64,000 bases of DNA, taken from the NCBI GenBank assembly GCA_963837465.1, contig CAWINB010000004.1:138853-202852 (forward strand), read 5' to 3'. Position 1 is the stretch's first letter. The number at the start of each line of letters is the position of its first letter. The DNA is from Candidatus Doudnabacteria bacterium. GTDB taxonomy: Bacteria; Patescibacteriota; Doudnabacteria; UBA920. Both the position numbers and the translations under genes were made by a program. Below are positions 54,768 to 64,000 of the stretch, in pieces. Under the pieces are notes generated by a model that saw only the letters and a program-made list of their open reading frames with translations, had not been told where the DNA came from and did no database searches.

Positions 54768-55517
54768 TTATTTTATTTCGTAAGTCGTCGAAACAGAAGC
54801 CGTTACTTCTTGTGGATTTATAGCCATATCAGGGATGGCTACGTTAACACAGCCGTCCTCTTTCGGTGAGTAAGTTTCATCGCTGTCATCCGTAATTCCC
54901 ACCAATGGCCCCAGTTTAAAGCCTCCCAAATTCGCAAGCTGCTGGGCCTGAGCCTGAGCTTTTTGTAGGGCTTGCCGCAAGGCTGGCTTTAAGACTGCGT
55001 CTATATTTTGGAAGGTTAAACAGCTTTGAGTGGATTCGTTCGGCACCAAACCTTGCTTAGCCGCCCCGTTAAAAATCGCGTTGATTTTTTGGGACAAATC
55101 ATTACCGTCACTTACTTTAACGGTCAGGTCTTCGCTGCCGGTAAAGCCGGTCTCGTCCCCTTCGCCGGGAGGGGTAAAGGTTTGGCTGTTTACCGTTATG
55201 TTGCCCGGATTTATTCCTTGTGTGGATAACAATCGCGAAAAAGTTTGGAGACTTTTGTTTAGGTCGGTCTCGGCGCCGGTGTAATCGGAATCCCGCGAGC
55301 TGATTGTAAATTGCAGGTAAGCCAGGTCGGGCGTGGCCGTGATTTGAGCTTCTCCGTTGGCGTCAATTGTTTTTTGCGGCAGTGTGGCATGGCTAAAAGC
55401 CTCCACTGTATCATGGCCTTTAACCAGGACGGCAAAAATTAAGAATATTGCAAGCAAGCCCCCGACTGTAAAAGTCAGAATTTTAAAAGATTTATTACCG
55501 CACCAGTTGGATTCCAT
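54768..55517 (-). CDS. SIMPL-domain (DUF541) secreted protein
   Basis: 249 aa; N-terminal TM/signal; SIMPL-like C-terminal core. Confidence 0.6.
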   Translation of the reverse strand: MESNWCGNKSFKILTFTVGGLLAIFLIFAVLVKGHDTVEAFSHATLPQKTIDANGEAQITATPDLAYLQFTISSRDSDYTGAETDLNKSLQTFSRLLSTQGINPGNITVNSQTFTPPGEGDETGFTGSEDLTVKVSDGNDLSQKINAIFNGAAKQGLVPNESTQSCLTFQNIDAVLKPALRQALQKAQAQAQQLANLGGFKLGPLVGITDDSDETYSPKEDGCVNVAIPDMAINPQEVTASVSTTYEIK

Positions 55518-55792
55518 AAATTTATCTTAAAACCTGTTTTAAAAATACTTCGGGCCGCAATTTATTTTTTTAAACAGGTTTTTAATAATAATCTTTTCAT
55601 AGTATAGCACTTAAATAAAAGGAGAAAATTATTAAGTTATAAACAAGTATTATTTTATATCTTGTGGATAATTGGTTATAAATAAGCCAAAAGCTAATAA
55701 ATATGGCTTATTGACATATAGTGAACGTTCGTTTTATTATCAGAGTAAGGATTAATATTTATGGAAAACAAAATAATTAACAAGGATCTAAA

Positions 55793-56974
55793 ATGAAATC
55801 AAAACATTTTTTATTCGTGGCGGTTTTAATGATTATTGTGCCCAATATATCCCAGGCGCAAATTGTCTATCATTCCCGGATTTGTTCTTTGGCAAAAAAA
55901 CCCGGATTGGCCAGCTGCAACGCCCATGTGGTTGTCAATGCCAAAGGTACTCCATTGGTAAACAAAACCCCGGCCGGTTTTTCCCCGGCTGATTTGCGTT
56001 CCGCTTATAATTTAAGCGGTCGCGCCTCCGACAAAGAAGTTGTGGGTATTGTTGATGCTTACGATGACCCGACAATCAAAAACGATTTGGATGTTTACAG
56101 CCGCCAGTTTAATTTGCCGATTCTGCCGTTTTGCGCGATCGGCGCGGCAAAACCCGGTGTTCCCTGCCTGCAAAAAATTAACCAAAGCGGAGGCGTTGCC
56201 TTACCCGAGCCCAACAGCGCCTGGGCAGTGGAAATTTCTCTCGACGTGGAGGCGGTGCATGCTTTATGCGGAAATTGTTCGATTATTTTAGCCGAAGCGG
56301 TTTCGCCGAATATGAAAAATTTAACCGCAGCGGTGGACGCGGCGGTTAAAGCCGGGGCTAATGTAGTCTCCGGTTCCTATGGCGGCCCGGAATTTTCCGG
56401 GGAAACGGCCTTTGATTCACATTTTAACCATCCCGGCGTTGCTTTTACCGTCAGTTCCGGCGACAGCGGCTATGGTGTTCAGTATCCCGCGGCTTCACCT
56501 TTTGTAACCGCGGTCGGCGGGACGTCTTTGTATATGAACGGGAGTAAATACGAGGACGAAAACGCCTGGAGCGGTTCCGGCAGCGGCTGCTCGCGGTTTG
56601 AACCCAAACCTTCCTGGCAAACAGACGTTCAGTGTTCCGGCCGCACCGTGGCGGATGTTTCCGCGGTTGCCGATCCGGCTACTGGCTTTGCCGTTTATAC
56701 CACAACCAGTCCCAAAGGACAAAAAGGATGGTTTGCCGTGGGTGGAACCAGCTTAAGTTCTCCGCTGATTGCCGCGGTCTATGCCTTATCCGGCAATATT
56801 CCAAACGGTCGGCAATCCAATTCGCTACCATATATTTTAGGATCCCGCTTTGACCTCCATGACGTGGTCGGCGGCAGTAATGGTATTTGCGGCCAGGCCT
56901 ATTTATGCAGCGGCAAAACCAAATACGATGGGCCAACCGGTTTGGGCAGCCCAAACGGAACCGGAGCGTTTTAA
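55793..56974 (+). CDS. secreted S53 (sedolisin-like) serine peptidase
   Basis: 393 aa; signal peptide; pro-domain then catalytic domain with SGDSGYG and GGTSLSSP (S53 catalytic Ser motif). Confidence 0.6.
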   Translation: MKSKHFLFVAVLMIIVPNISQAQIVYHSRICSLAKKPGLASCNAHVVVNAKGTPLVNKTPAGFSPADLRSAYNLSGRASDKEVVGIVDAYDDPTIKNDLDVYSRQFNLPILPFCAIGAAKPGVPCLQKINQSGGVALPEPNSAWAVEISLDVEAVHALCGNCSIILAEAVSPNMKNLTAAVDAAVKAGANVVSGSYGGPEFSGETAFDSHFNHPGVAFTVSSGDSGYGVQYPAASPFVTAVGGTSLYMNGSKYEDENAWSGSGSGCSRFEPKPSWQTDVQCSGRTVADVSAVADPATGFAVYTTTSPKGQKGWFAVGGTSLSSPLIAAVYALSGNIPNGRQSNSLPYILGSRFDLHDVVGGSNGICGQAYLCSGKTKYDGPTGLGSPNGTGAF

Positions 56975-57013
56975 AATTGACACTAAAAAATAATTAAACT
57001 AAAATTAGAATCT

Positions 57014-57481
57014 ATGATAAAAAATAAAGATAAAAAAATTACATTATCTGGCTTAGGCAGGACTGTAGGCGGCTTACCCGCTACAGTAGGAAATTTGTCT
57101 ACTACCGTTGGGAGCTTATCTGCTACGGTAAGTAGTTTATCCTCCAAAGTGGATAAAATGGTTTCCGCCATGGAAACCGGTTTTAAGAAAGTAAATGAAA
57201 AAATGGACGGTGGCTTTAGCTCGGTCAGAAAAGAAATGGCTGAGGGTTTTGATAGAGCTGAAGAAAATTTTAATAAAGCCGAGGAAAATAGAGAATCTTT
57301 GGCCAGGATGGTTGCCGGCGGCTTTGAAAACGTAATTGGACGAATTGATAATTTAGAGCGGGGCCAGGAAAATATTAAGCTTAGCTTGGGTGGCTTGGCT
57401 CCCAAATTTGAAGTTACTCAAATTGAAAAACGCGTAAAGCACTTAGAACATAAAGCCGAAATTCCGCTACCTCAGCCATAA
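57014..57481 (+). CDS. coiled-coil protein with TVGxLxx tandem repeats, hypothetical
   Basis: 155 aa; repeated TVGGLPATVGNLSTTVGSLSATVSSL heptad-like units. Confidence 0.4.
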   Translation: MIKNKDKKITLSGLGRTVGGLPATVGNLSTTVGSLSATVSSLSSKVDKMVSAMETGFKKVNEKMDGGFSSVRKEMAEGFDRAEENFNKAEENRESLARMVAGGFENVIGRIDNLERGQENIKLSLGGLAPKFEVTQIEKRVKHLEHKAEIPLPQP

Positions 57482-57531
57482 AGGATTTTTAAAATAGGTT
57501 CCAGCAGATTTTTATATTCAGGATCCCTTTT

Positions 57532-57567
57532 AAAACCCGTCCCCCGATTTCGTCCGGGACGGTTTTT
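57532..57567 (+). terminator. intrinsic terminator
   Basis: aaaacccgtccc-ccgatttcgtcc-gggacggtttt then T-run. Confidence 0.6.
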
Positions 57568-57669
57568 AAAATTCTCAGCATCCGCGATTCGGATGAGTTT
57601 TGTGTAAAGTAGACTTGACACAAGTTTTTTGCCGGGATATTATCAAGTTATAATTATTTTGCAATAAAA

Positions 57670-59325
57670 ATGATACAAATATTGTTCGCGTTTTTGGCCG
57701 GTATATTAACCATTGCCGCGCCGTGCATTTTGCCAATGTTGCCTATTGTCTTGGGCGCGTCCGTGGGCCAAACAAACAAACGGCGGCCGTTGTTTATTGT
57801 GTTGGGGTTTATTATCAGCTTTGCCGCGGCCAGTTTGGCGCTGTCGCTAATTGTTACCCACCTGGGGCTTTCGCAAAACACAATACGTTACGCGGCGATT
57901 TATATTTTGCTCCTTTTTGGTGTTTTTATGATTTGGGCTTACCCTTTTGAATATTTTGCTTCTAAATTTTCTACCGTTTTTTACAAAGCAAGTCAAATTG
58001 GAAACAAAAAAGGCGATACCGGCGGCTTTTTGTTGGGTTTGGTTTTAGGTATTGTCTGGACCCCGTGCGCCGGCCCGGTTTTAGGCAGTATATTAACGTT
58101 AATTGCCACCCAGGGCACCACCGGCAAAGCTATAGTGCTGGTAATTTTTTACGCTTTAGGCGCCGGGATTCCAATGATGCTGATAGCCTACGGCAGCCAA
58201 TGGGTTACCACCAGGGTTCGTTCCATGGCAAAATATTCCCGAACGCTGCAGCAAGTTTTTGGCGTTTTAATTTTACTGCTGGCGGTCGCCATGTACTTTC
58301 AATATGACACCATTATAGAAAACCAATTAACGGCCTTTTTTCCGCAAAGCACTTTGGAAAATAAGTTAGTCGGACAGAACAGACAAAATGCCCCAATAGC
58401 CTCATCAACCGACCAAATAACAAACCCTATGGACACAGTACAACTGCAAAACTACGGCCAGGCGCCGGATTTTACCGGCATCACCAACTGGCTTAATTCC
58501 AGTCCGCTGACTATGCAGCAGTTAAGGGGCAAGGTTGTGCTGGTGGATTTTTGGACCTATTCCTGCGTTAACTGCATCCGCACCCTGCCGTATGTGACAA
58601 GGTGGTATAACACCTACAATAAAAACGGGCTGGTGGTTGTGGGCGTGCATACGCCGGAGTTCGCTTTTGAAAAAGTTACCTCAAACGTCCAGGATGCCAT
58701 CAACCGTTTTGGCATAAAGTATCCGGTGGCACAGGACAATAATTATGCCACCTGGGAGGCTTATAATAACGAATATTGGCCGGCGGAATATCTCATTAAT
58801 AAAGACGGGGAAATTGTCCACGAACATTTTGGCGAAGGCGAATATGATGTAACGGAAAACGCCATCCGCGAACTTTTGGGCCTTAATGCCACCAATACCC
58901 AGACTTCCGGCCTCGGCAACATAGAATCCCCGGAAATGTATTTTGAACCCGGCCGCCTGCAGTATCTGTCTTCAAACCAGGAGCCCAGCGCCCAGCCTGC
59001 CGGCTACCAATTGCCTTCCAGCCTGCCTTTAAATACTTTTGCCTTGGGCGGACAATGGCAGTTTGACCAGGATCACGCCCAGCTGACCGGAGGATCCGGC
59101 ACAATTTTACTGCATTTTTCTTCCGGGAAAGTTTTTATGGTGGCGGCCAGCCCGGGAGTTCCTGTTGCCTTAAAAATTACCGTTGATGGCCATCTCCAGC
59201 CGGATGTAACCGTGGAAGGTTCCCAGCTCTACACCTTGTTTAATTCAAACAGCTATACGGATCATACGATTGAGATAACAATTCCAAGTCCGGGTTTTCA
59301 GGCCTTTACTTTTACTTTTGGATAA
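57670..59325 (+). CDS. CcdA/DsbD-type thiol-disulfide transporter fused to a TlpA/ResA-like thioredoxin domain, plus ~220 aa C-terminal extension
   Basis: N-terminal 6-TM region with AAPC and TPCAGP cysteine motifs (CcdA); then VVLVDFWTYSCVNCIRTLP (CxxC thioredoxin fold). Confidence 0.7.
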   Translation: MIQILFAFLAGILTIAAPCILPMLPIVLGASVGQTNKRRPLFIVLGFIISFAAASLALSLIVTHLGLSQNTIRYAAIYILLLFGVFMIWAYPFEYFASKFSTVFYKASQIGNKKGDTGGFLLGLVLGIVWTPCAGPVLGSILTLIATQGTTGKAIVLVIFYALGAGIPMMLIAYGSQWVTTRVRSMAKYSRTLQQVFGVLILLLAVAMYFQYDTIIENQLTAFFPQSTLENKLVGQNRQNAPIASSTDQITNPMDTVQLQNYGQAPDFTGITNWLNSSPLTMQQLRGKVVLVDFWTYSCVNCIRTLPYVTRWYNTYNKNGLVVVGVHTPEFAFEKVTSNVQDAINRFGIKYPVAQDNNYATWEAYNNEYWPAEYLINKDGEIVHEHFGEGEYDVTENAIRELLGLNATNTQTSGLGNIESPEMYFEPGRLQYLSSNQEPSAQPAGYQLPSSLPLNTFALGGQWQFDQDHAQLTGGSGTILLHFSSGKVFMVAASPGVPVALKITVDGHLQPDVTVEGSQLYTLFNSNSYTDHTIEITIPSPGFQAFTFTFG

Positions 59326-59393
59326 GACCACAAATGCACAGATGGGGGCAGATTACACAGATAATGGACGCATTAACTGCCAGTAAAATTATG

Positions 59394-59585
59394 ATTACAA
59401 ATTCCATTAAAATTTACCGGGAAAAATCGGCAACAACCCAGGAAGAACTGGCGTCCGCCGTTGGTGTTTCCCGCCAAACGATAATCGCCATGGAAAAAGG
59501 CAATTATGAGCCGAGCCTGGGACTGGCTATAAAGCTGGCGCGCTTTTTTAAAGTGGCAGTGGAGCGACTATTCATGCTAAAATAA
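59394..59585 (+). CDS. XRE/Cro-type HTH transcriptional regulator (YozG-like)
   Basis: QEELASAVGVSRQTIIAMEKGNYEPSLGLAIKLARFF; start ambiguous (59334/59364/59394). Confidence 0.6.
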   Translation: MTNSIKIYREKSATTQEELASAVGVSRQTIIAMEKGNYEPSLGLAIKLARFFKVAVERLFMLK

Positions 59586-59604
59586 ATTCTATATAATCCG
59601 CAAT

Positions 59605-59967
59605 ATGAAAAGCATTATTTATTACCTTTTGTTATTGGTGTTTATGGCTCTGCTCTCGGGTTTTTTGATATTCGACAGGCAGCCGGCTATGTCCATGCCC
59701 CAAATGCTGGGAGTGTCCGCTTTTTTGGTTTTATACACCGTGGCCATGTCCTTGGTCGGAGAAACCGGCAACGTCGACGAGCGGGACATATCGCACAGGA
59801 ACCTGGCCAACCGCGCCGGACTTATCGCGGGTTTGGTAGTAATGTCCCTGGGGGTTCTGTATCAGTTGTTTGTCTCCCACCGGGTGGATTACTGGCTTTT
59901 GGGCGGATTGATTTTAATAAATTTAACAAAGATTGTCAGCTTGATTTATTTGGGCAGTCAAAAATAG
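59605..59967 (+). CDS. small membrane protein partnered with the HTH regulator
   Basis: 120 aa, 4 TM helices; gene pair arrangement typical of YozG-like regulators. Confidence 0.45.
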   Translation: MKSIIYYLLLLVFMALLSGFLIFDRQPAMSMPQMLGVSAFLVLYTVAMSLVGETGNVDERDISHRNLANRAGLIAGLVVMSLGVLYQLFVSHRVDYWLLGGLILINLTKIVSLIYLGSQK

Positions 59968-60053
59968 CGCTACGTCCGGCTTTTTAATTCCGGGTCAGGC
60001 AGCAAAAACCATCCTCAGAACAAGAGGATGGTTTTTCGCTTTTTAGGCCGCTG

Positions 60054-60560
60054 TTAACGTGTTAAGGTAATTGTGGCCGCGAGTTCGGCGTTCGGAGCCC
60101 AGACGGTGTATCGCCCGCCATTGTCCACGGAAACGTCGTATCTGGTGTCGTAGCTGCTCGAGCTGGTCCAGATTCCGCCGCTTGGGTCTACGGGCAGTTG
60201 GCTGGGTACGTAAGTCGGGGTAAGGCACGACAGGTCTATGTCGCCCGCGCCGCCGGCGCTGCTGATATCGTATGTGGTGCTGGTCGCCATGGGAGGGCAA
60301 TTATAAGGGGTGCTGTTGACGTTAAACGCGCCGGCAAATAATCCTTTATTTTCCGTCAGCCGTTGCCCGATGGCGTTTAAGATAGTGTTGACATTGCTGG
60401 TCCGTTGCGTGTTCCTTCCCTGGGCAAACTGGCGGGCCGGATTGATGGCTATTATTACAATAGTGGCTAAAATGGCTATCATGCCTATAACTACCAGAAT
60501 TTCTATTAAGGTGAACCCGGGATGTTTATTTAGTGTTTGTTGATTATTGTTTGATGGCAT
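60054..60560 (-). CDS. type IV pilin / pseudopilin (prepilin N-terminal methylation motif)
   Basis: start at internal Met; KHPGFTLIEILVVIGMIAILATIVI class III signal; promoter-like TTGCCA-17-TATATT upstream. Confidence 0.7.
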   Translation of the reverse strand: MPSNNNQQTLNKHPGFTLIEILVVIGMIAILATIVIIAINPARQFAQGRNTQRTSNVNTILNAIGQRLTENKGLFAGAFNVNSTPYNCPPMATSTTYDISSAGGAGDIDLSCLTPTYVPSQLPVDPSGGIWTSSSSYDTRYDVSVDNGGRYTVWAPNAELAATITLTR

Positions 60561-60667
60561 TAGTTTTAGTTTTGCTGATAAATATAAGCTTCGACCTTTA
60601 TTTAGGCTTATATAAAAGCAATATAACAAATAAATAAAAAATTGGCAAATTTAAGCCAAAAATTTAA

Positions 60668-60703
60668 AATAAGACTATAATCATTAACGATTATAGTCTT
60701 ATT
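60668..60703 (-). terminator. perfect 15 bp-stem hairpin terminator
   Basis: aataagactataatc-attaac-gattatagtcttatt; T-rich on the minus strand after the stem. Confidence 0.55.
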
Positions 60704-60735
60704 AAATAAACTCCGGCAGCCTAAAAAGATCCGGA

Positions 60736-60945
60736 TTATTTTTCGGCTGTTTTGACTTCCCTTAAGTTTTTATGGGAAGCTATCGCGTGTGTTGTAACTA
60801 CCGGGCCAATATTGGTATCGTTGGGGTCGCTTAAGACAATGTAGCTTACCAGAGAAACTCCGGTAACCACCAAAAAAACAATGGTCCAGATAAACCAGCG
60901 TGAATCGTAGCTGGCCTCCGGTGATTGAGAACTTGGGACGGGCAT
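60736..60945 (-). CDS. small membrane protein, hypothetical
   Basis: 69 aa with one TM helix; followed by a terminator. Confidence 0.35.
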   Translation of the reverse strand: MPVPSSQSPEASYDSRWFIWTIVFLVVTGVSLVSYIVLSDPNDTNIGPVVTTHAIASHKNLREVKTAEK

Positions 60946-61208
60946 AGTTATGTTTTTAATTTTTAAATAAAGGCTTGTTTAATAAATTATTTTTTGCAGC
61001 TCAATTCCTGAAATTGCGGCCAAAATAAATTTTAGATTTTTGTATCAGATCCTAAATGTACGGGATAAATTTACAAATAGTATAGCATATTTTATAAAGA
61101 AAGCGAAATTTTTTTGGCCACTTCAGGTATCGCTCAAGGTTGCCGGTTGATTGGCTGGCCTTATTTTAACAAGTTGGAACTGAATTAGCTAAAATTATAA
61201 GATAGTTG

Positions 61209-61907
61209 CTATTTGTTAAAAGCCAAATTATTTGGATTAATAAAATAGTCTTTTGCCTTTTTGCCTATTTGGTTTTGTGCTACCAGCTGTAAAGAATCCG
61301 GAGTTATGTTAGGAACGACATCGGCCATAGTCCTTAACACAGCACTTTCAATATCATCAGACATTCGGTTGTCCGGTAAATTTCCCATTCTTGAAGCCTC
61401 TAATTGAGCCGCCCAAATTCGGTTTGTAATATCTGTTAATGCGTTAGGTTGTAACTGTCTGCGCGCGAGGCTGGTTTTCAAATGGTCATTAAAAATTTCT
61501 TCCATTGTTCTGCCGCCTCTTGGCCGCCAGTTTTTTTGAGATAGAATAATCTCTTTTGTTGAGCCAATCCAAACATCTCTTAAAAATAAAGCCCTAACAC
61601 CGCTGAAAGATTTGCCTCGTTCGCCCAATTTTTGCATTTGTTGCTGATTAGGTTCTGCTGCTACTCCCACACCCTCGCCCATTTTCGCAACCATGTTTGG
61701 CAATTCTCTTCCATTAAACCATTCGGGATGCTGTTTTTGTAAAGTTTGTAGTTCCTGAGAAAGAGCGGCCACATGGGCCTTGTCCGTATAAACAATCAGC
61801 TTGTCCAGTCGGTTTATATTATCTGGGTTTGGTTTTTGAAAAGAATAATCTATGGTTTTAAAATACAGCGGAAATCTTTTGGCTTGTGCTAAATTACAAA
61901 GTTGCAT
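61209..61907 (-). CDS. hypothetical protein (232 aa)
   Basis: no recognised domain; flanked by long non-coding regions on both sides. Confidence 0.45.
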   Translation of the reverse strand: MQLCNLAQAKRFPLYFKTIDYSFQKPNPDNINRLDKLIVYTDKAHVAALSQELQTLQKQHPEWFNGRELPNMVAKMGEGVGVAAEPNQQQMQKLGERGKSFSGVRALFLRDVWIGSTKEIILSQKNWRPRGGRTMEEIFNDHLKTSLARRQLQPNALTDITNRIWAAQLEASRMGNLPDNRMSDDIESAVLRTMADVVPNITPDSLQLVAQNQIGKKAKDYFINPNNLAFNK

Positions 61908-62024
61908 GGATAATTGGGGAATAGCCGCAGATGGGCCAAAAACGGCTTACCCCTTGGGTATCTTTTTGCACTGGAAACCAGTGTAGCGTTCAGTATCATT
62001 TTTCATTGTACAACTCTGCCCCTT

Positions 62025-62052
62025 GAAATAATCGGGCGGATAGGGTATAATC
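62025..62052 (+). promoter_or_regulatory. sigma70-like promoter TTGAAA-16-TATAAT upstream of rpsA
   Basis: ttgaaa 62025-62030; tataat 62047-62052; gives a ~195 nt rpsA leader. Confidence 0.55.
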
Positions 62053-62249
62053 TTAATGCTTATTTGTAGAGAGTGCCGGTTCTTGCTTTTAGATGGCAGG
62101 GACAAACAAAAATAATTAACCCCAAATAAGCCTTTGAGTTCGGCGCTTTTTTAACAATTAATCACAGGTTTTTTATATTGCTTTTTACTTCGACTCGCAA
62201 TGGTCGATTTTTTATTCAAAAAATCTGGATTAAAGGAAGAAAATTAATT

Positions 62250-63431
62250 ATGACAGAAGACAACCAAAAAACCCAGGTTATCCCCGCCGCCGCCGCCACA
62301 GCCCAAACCATGGGTGATTTGCTGGACACCGGTGTGGAAATCAAGGTTTTAAAACAGGGCGATATGGTAGAGGGCAAGCTGTTGTCCGTGGGCAAAAATG
62401 AAGTTTATGTTGACCTGGAAGGTTATGGCGTAGGCGTGGTCCGTGGCCGCGAGCTTTACGACGACGAGGCCACTTTGGCCAGCTTAAAAGTCGGCGACAA
62501 AATTTTTGTGTCCGTGGTGGATCCGGAAAATAAAGAAGGGATAGTGGAACTGTCGCTTCGGCAAGCAGGTCAGGAGCGCGTCTGGCAGACGCTGAAGGAA
62601 AAAATGGAAAGCAAGGAAATTGTCCGCACCAAAATTTTGGAAGCTAACAAGGGCGGCCTTATGGTGGAGATAAACAACGTCCTGGGCTTTTTGCCGGTTT
62701 CCCAGCTGTCGCTTGAGCATTACCCGCGCGTGGAAGACGGCGATAAAAGCCGCATCCTTTCCGTCCTGCAAAGTTATATGGGCCAGTTGTTTGACGTACA
62801 GATAATTACCGCCGACAGCGAAGAAGAAAAGTTGATTGTCAGCGAAAAAGCCGTGTTTGAAAAAGAAATGGAAAACAAACTTGGCCAGCTGAAAATCGGC
62901 CTGGTGGTTGAGGGTACCATTACCGGAGTGGTTGACTTTGGGGCTTTTGTTAAGTTTGGCGAACTGGAAGGGCTGGTCCATATCAGCGAGCTGGCCTGGC
63001 AGAGAATAGATAACCCAAAGGATATTGTCAAAGTCGGACAAAAGGTTCAGGCTAAAGTTATTTCCATAGACAAGGGCCGGGTCAGCCTTTCCATTAAGCA
63101 ATTGCAGCAAGACCCCTGGCTGGAAGCGGTAAAAAAATATCAGATTGGCCAGACCGTTAAAGGCAAGGTGGTAAAAATTATGCCATTTGGCGTATTTGTG
63201 GAACTGGACAAGGATATTGCCGGACTGGCCCACCTTATGGAGCTGTCGGATAAGACGGTTAAAAATCCCGAAGAAATTTTAAAACCCGGACAGGAAAAAG
63301 AATTTAAGATTATTTCCATTGAGCCGGCGGAACATCGTTTGGGTTTGTCGCTTAAAGCCATGGAAGAAAGTGTTAAAAAACCTGAACAGGCTGAGGCTGT
63401 CGCTGAACCGGTTTTACCGACAGAATCTTAA
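62250..63431 (+). CDS. rpsA: 30S ribosomal protein S1 (four S1 domains)
   Basis: start at MTEDNQ after RBS aaaggaag; four repeats of the S1 OB-fold (GxV..G.VVDFGAFV-type blocks). Confidence 0.9.
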   Translation: MTEDNQKTQVIPAAAATAQTMGDLLDTGVEIKVLKQGDMVEGKLLSVGKNEVYVDLEGYGVGVVRGRELYDDEATLASLKVGDKIFVSVVDPENKEGIVELSLRQAGQERVWQTLKEKMESKEIVRTKILEANKGGLMVEINNVLGFLPVSQLSLEHYPRVEDGDKSRILSVLQSYMGQLFDVQIITADSEEEKLIVSEKAVFEKEMENKLGQLKIGLVVEGTITGVVDFGAFVKFGELEGLVHISELAWQRIDNPKDIVKVGQKVQAKVISIDKGRVSLSIKQLQQDPWLEAVKKYQIGQTVKGKVVKIMPFGVFVELDKDIAGLAHLMELSDKTVKNPEEILKPGQEKEFKIISIEPAEHRLGLSLKAMEESVKKPEQAEAVAEPVLPTES

Positions 63432-63452
63432 GTAGCAGTAATCAAGCAATTT

Positions 63453-63490
63453 AAAACTCTTCCCCCGGTTCGGGGGAAGAGTTTTATTTC
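63453..63490. terminator. bidirectional intrinsic terminator
   Basis: perfect stem aaactcttccccc-ggttc-gggggaagagttt then T-rich. Confidence 0.75.
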
Positions 63491-63516
63491 GGATGGGTAA
63501 TTCCCCAAGCCTAAAA

Positions 63517-63753
63517 TTACATTGAGGGTTTGGCCATGCCGGTAGCGGCGGGGTTGCACATTTTGCAGTTGTTTTTGTGGGTGAATAGTTCGTAGAGAGC
63601 GGAAAGGCCCACCAGTACGTAAATAATTTTGGAAATCGCGGCATCCATGCCGCCAAAAAGGTGCCCGATGTCCCAGCCGGATAAGCCAAAAACCAGCCAG
63701 TTAAGACCGCCGATAATTAGCAATACCCAGGCAATCATATGTAGAGTTTTCAT
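63517..63753 (-). CDS. DUF378-family small membrane protein
   Basis: start at internal Met MKTLHMIAWVLLIIGGLNWL; two TM helices typical of DUF378; RBS ggaagggggtga. Confidence 0.6.
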   Translation of the reverse strand: MKTLHMIAWVLLIIGGLNWLVFGLSGWDIGHLFGGMDAAISKIIYVLVGLSALYELFTHKNNCKMCNPAATGMAKPSM

Positions 63754-64000
63754 TTTGTTCACCCCCTTCCAAGGGTTCACCCGCCAAAACTTTGCGATAA
63801 TCAGTAAAAGTCTCCAACTATTATTTATTTGACCTTACTTGAATAGTCCAGCCTATAAACTTGCTGGGCAAAGTTTTGGCGGGTAAATTTTGTTTCAATT
63901 AGATTTTATTACCTATTTTATGATATCATTTTAAGCCGGAATTTTCAAAATTACTTATCCCCCAGGTTAGCGGTTAGCGTCCAGTGAATAGCGTTTAGGG

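Noticed and set aside
62484-63361. Minus-strand ORFs (249, 85, 73 aa) inside rpsA
   Set aside because: Antisense to the S1 gene; no independent signals
1-64000. Integrase, transposase, rRNA or additional tRNA genes
   Set aside because: No tyrosine/serine recombinase, DDE transposase, rRNA-like conserved stretches or further T-loop (GGTTCGAnTCC) matches were recognised on either strand

Overview
This 64 kb window appears to be a chromosomal segment from a small-genome bacterium, probably a CPR/Patescibacteria-like organism. That guess rests on the compact InfB (642 aa), YidC (~245 aa) and HrcA (253 aa), four TrmB-family regulators, a type IV pilin, PBP1a, an O-antigen ligase and many short hypothetical genes. 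The window spans the replication-origin neighbourhood (rpmH-rnpA-yidD-yidC-jag on the minus strand, dnaA-dnaN-recF-DUF721 on the plus strand) and a CIRCE-controlled chaperone locus (hrcA-grpE-[two inserted genes]-dnaK-...-dnaJ, with dnaK split by a 1-nt frameshift). Other housekeeping genes are tsaE, ruvB, ruvC, yebC, rsmI, infB, tyrS, rbfA, nrnA-like, rpsA and one tRNA-Leu(GAG). The accessory content, in order of position, is:
- BrnT/BrnA toxin-antitoxin pairs (one fused pair, one split pair preceded by paralogous ~120 nt structured elements).
- Three tandem XRE-HTH paralogs.
- A duplicated TrmB-plus-intergenic module flanking an uncharacterised three-gene operon that includes Cys-rich / Zn-ribbon proteins.
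- A ~2.4 kb insertion carrying a PIN-domain toxin, a TrmB regulator and DUF433, bounded by a direct repeat of the O-antigen-ligase 3' end.
- A higher-GC three-gene cassette with a SixA-like histidine phosphatase.
- A DinD/Bro-N-like gene inserted in the chaperone operon.

At the DNA level the window is rich in unexplained repeats. There are at least 9 intergenic arrays of phased ~10 bp 'TGACAAAAAT' units. There are two copies of a 36 bp GGATCC-centred palindrome, one in-frame inside a methyltransferase gene. A GC-rich repeat family shares exact 12-mers. There are also several long inverted repeats (35 bp arms flanking 250 bp between tyrS and the PBP gene; 17 bp arms around the brnT leader). 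No CRISPR array, rRNA or integrase/transposase gene was recognised.
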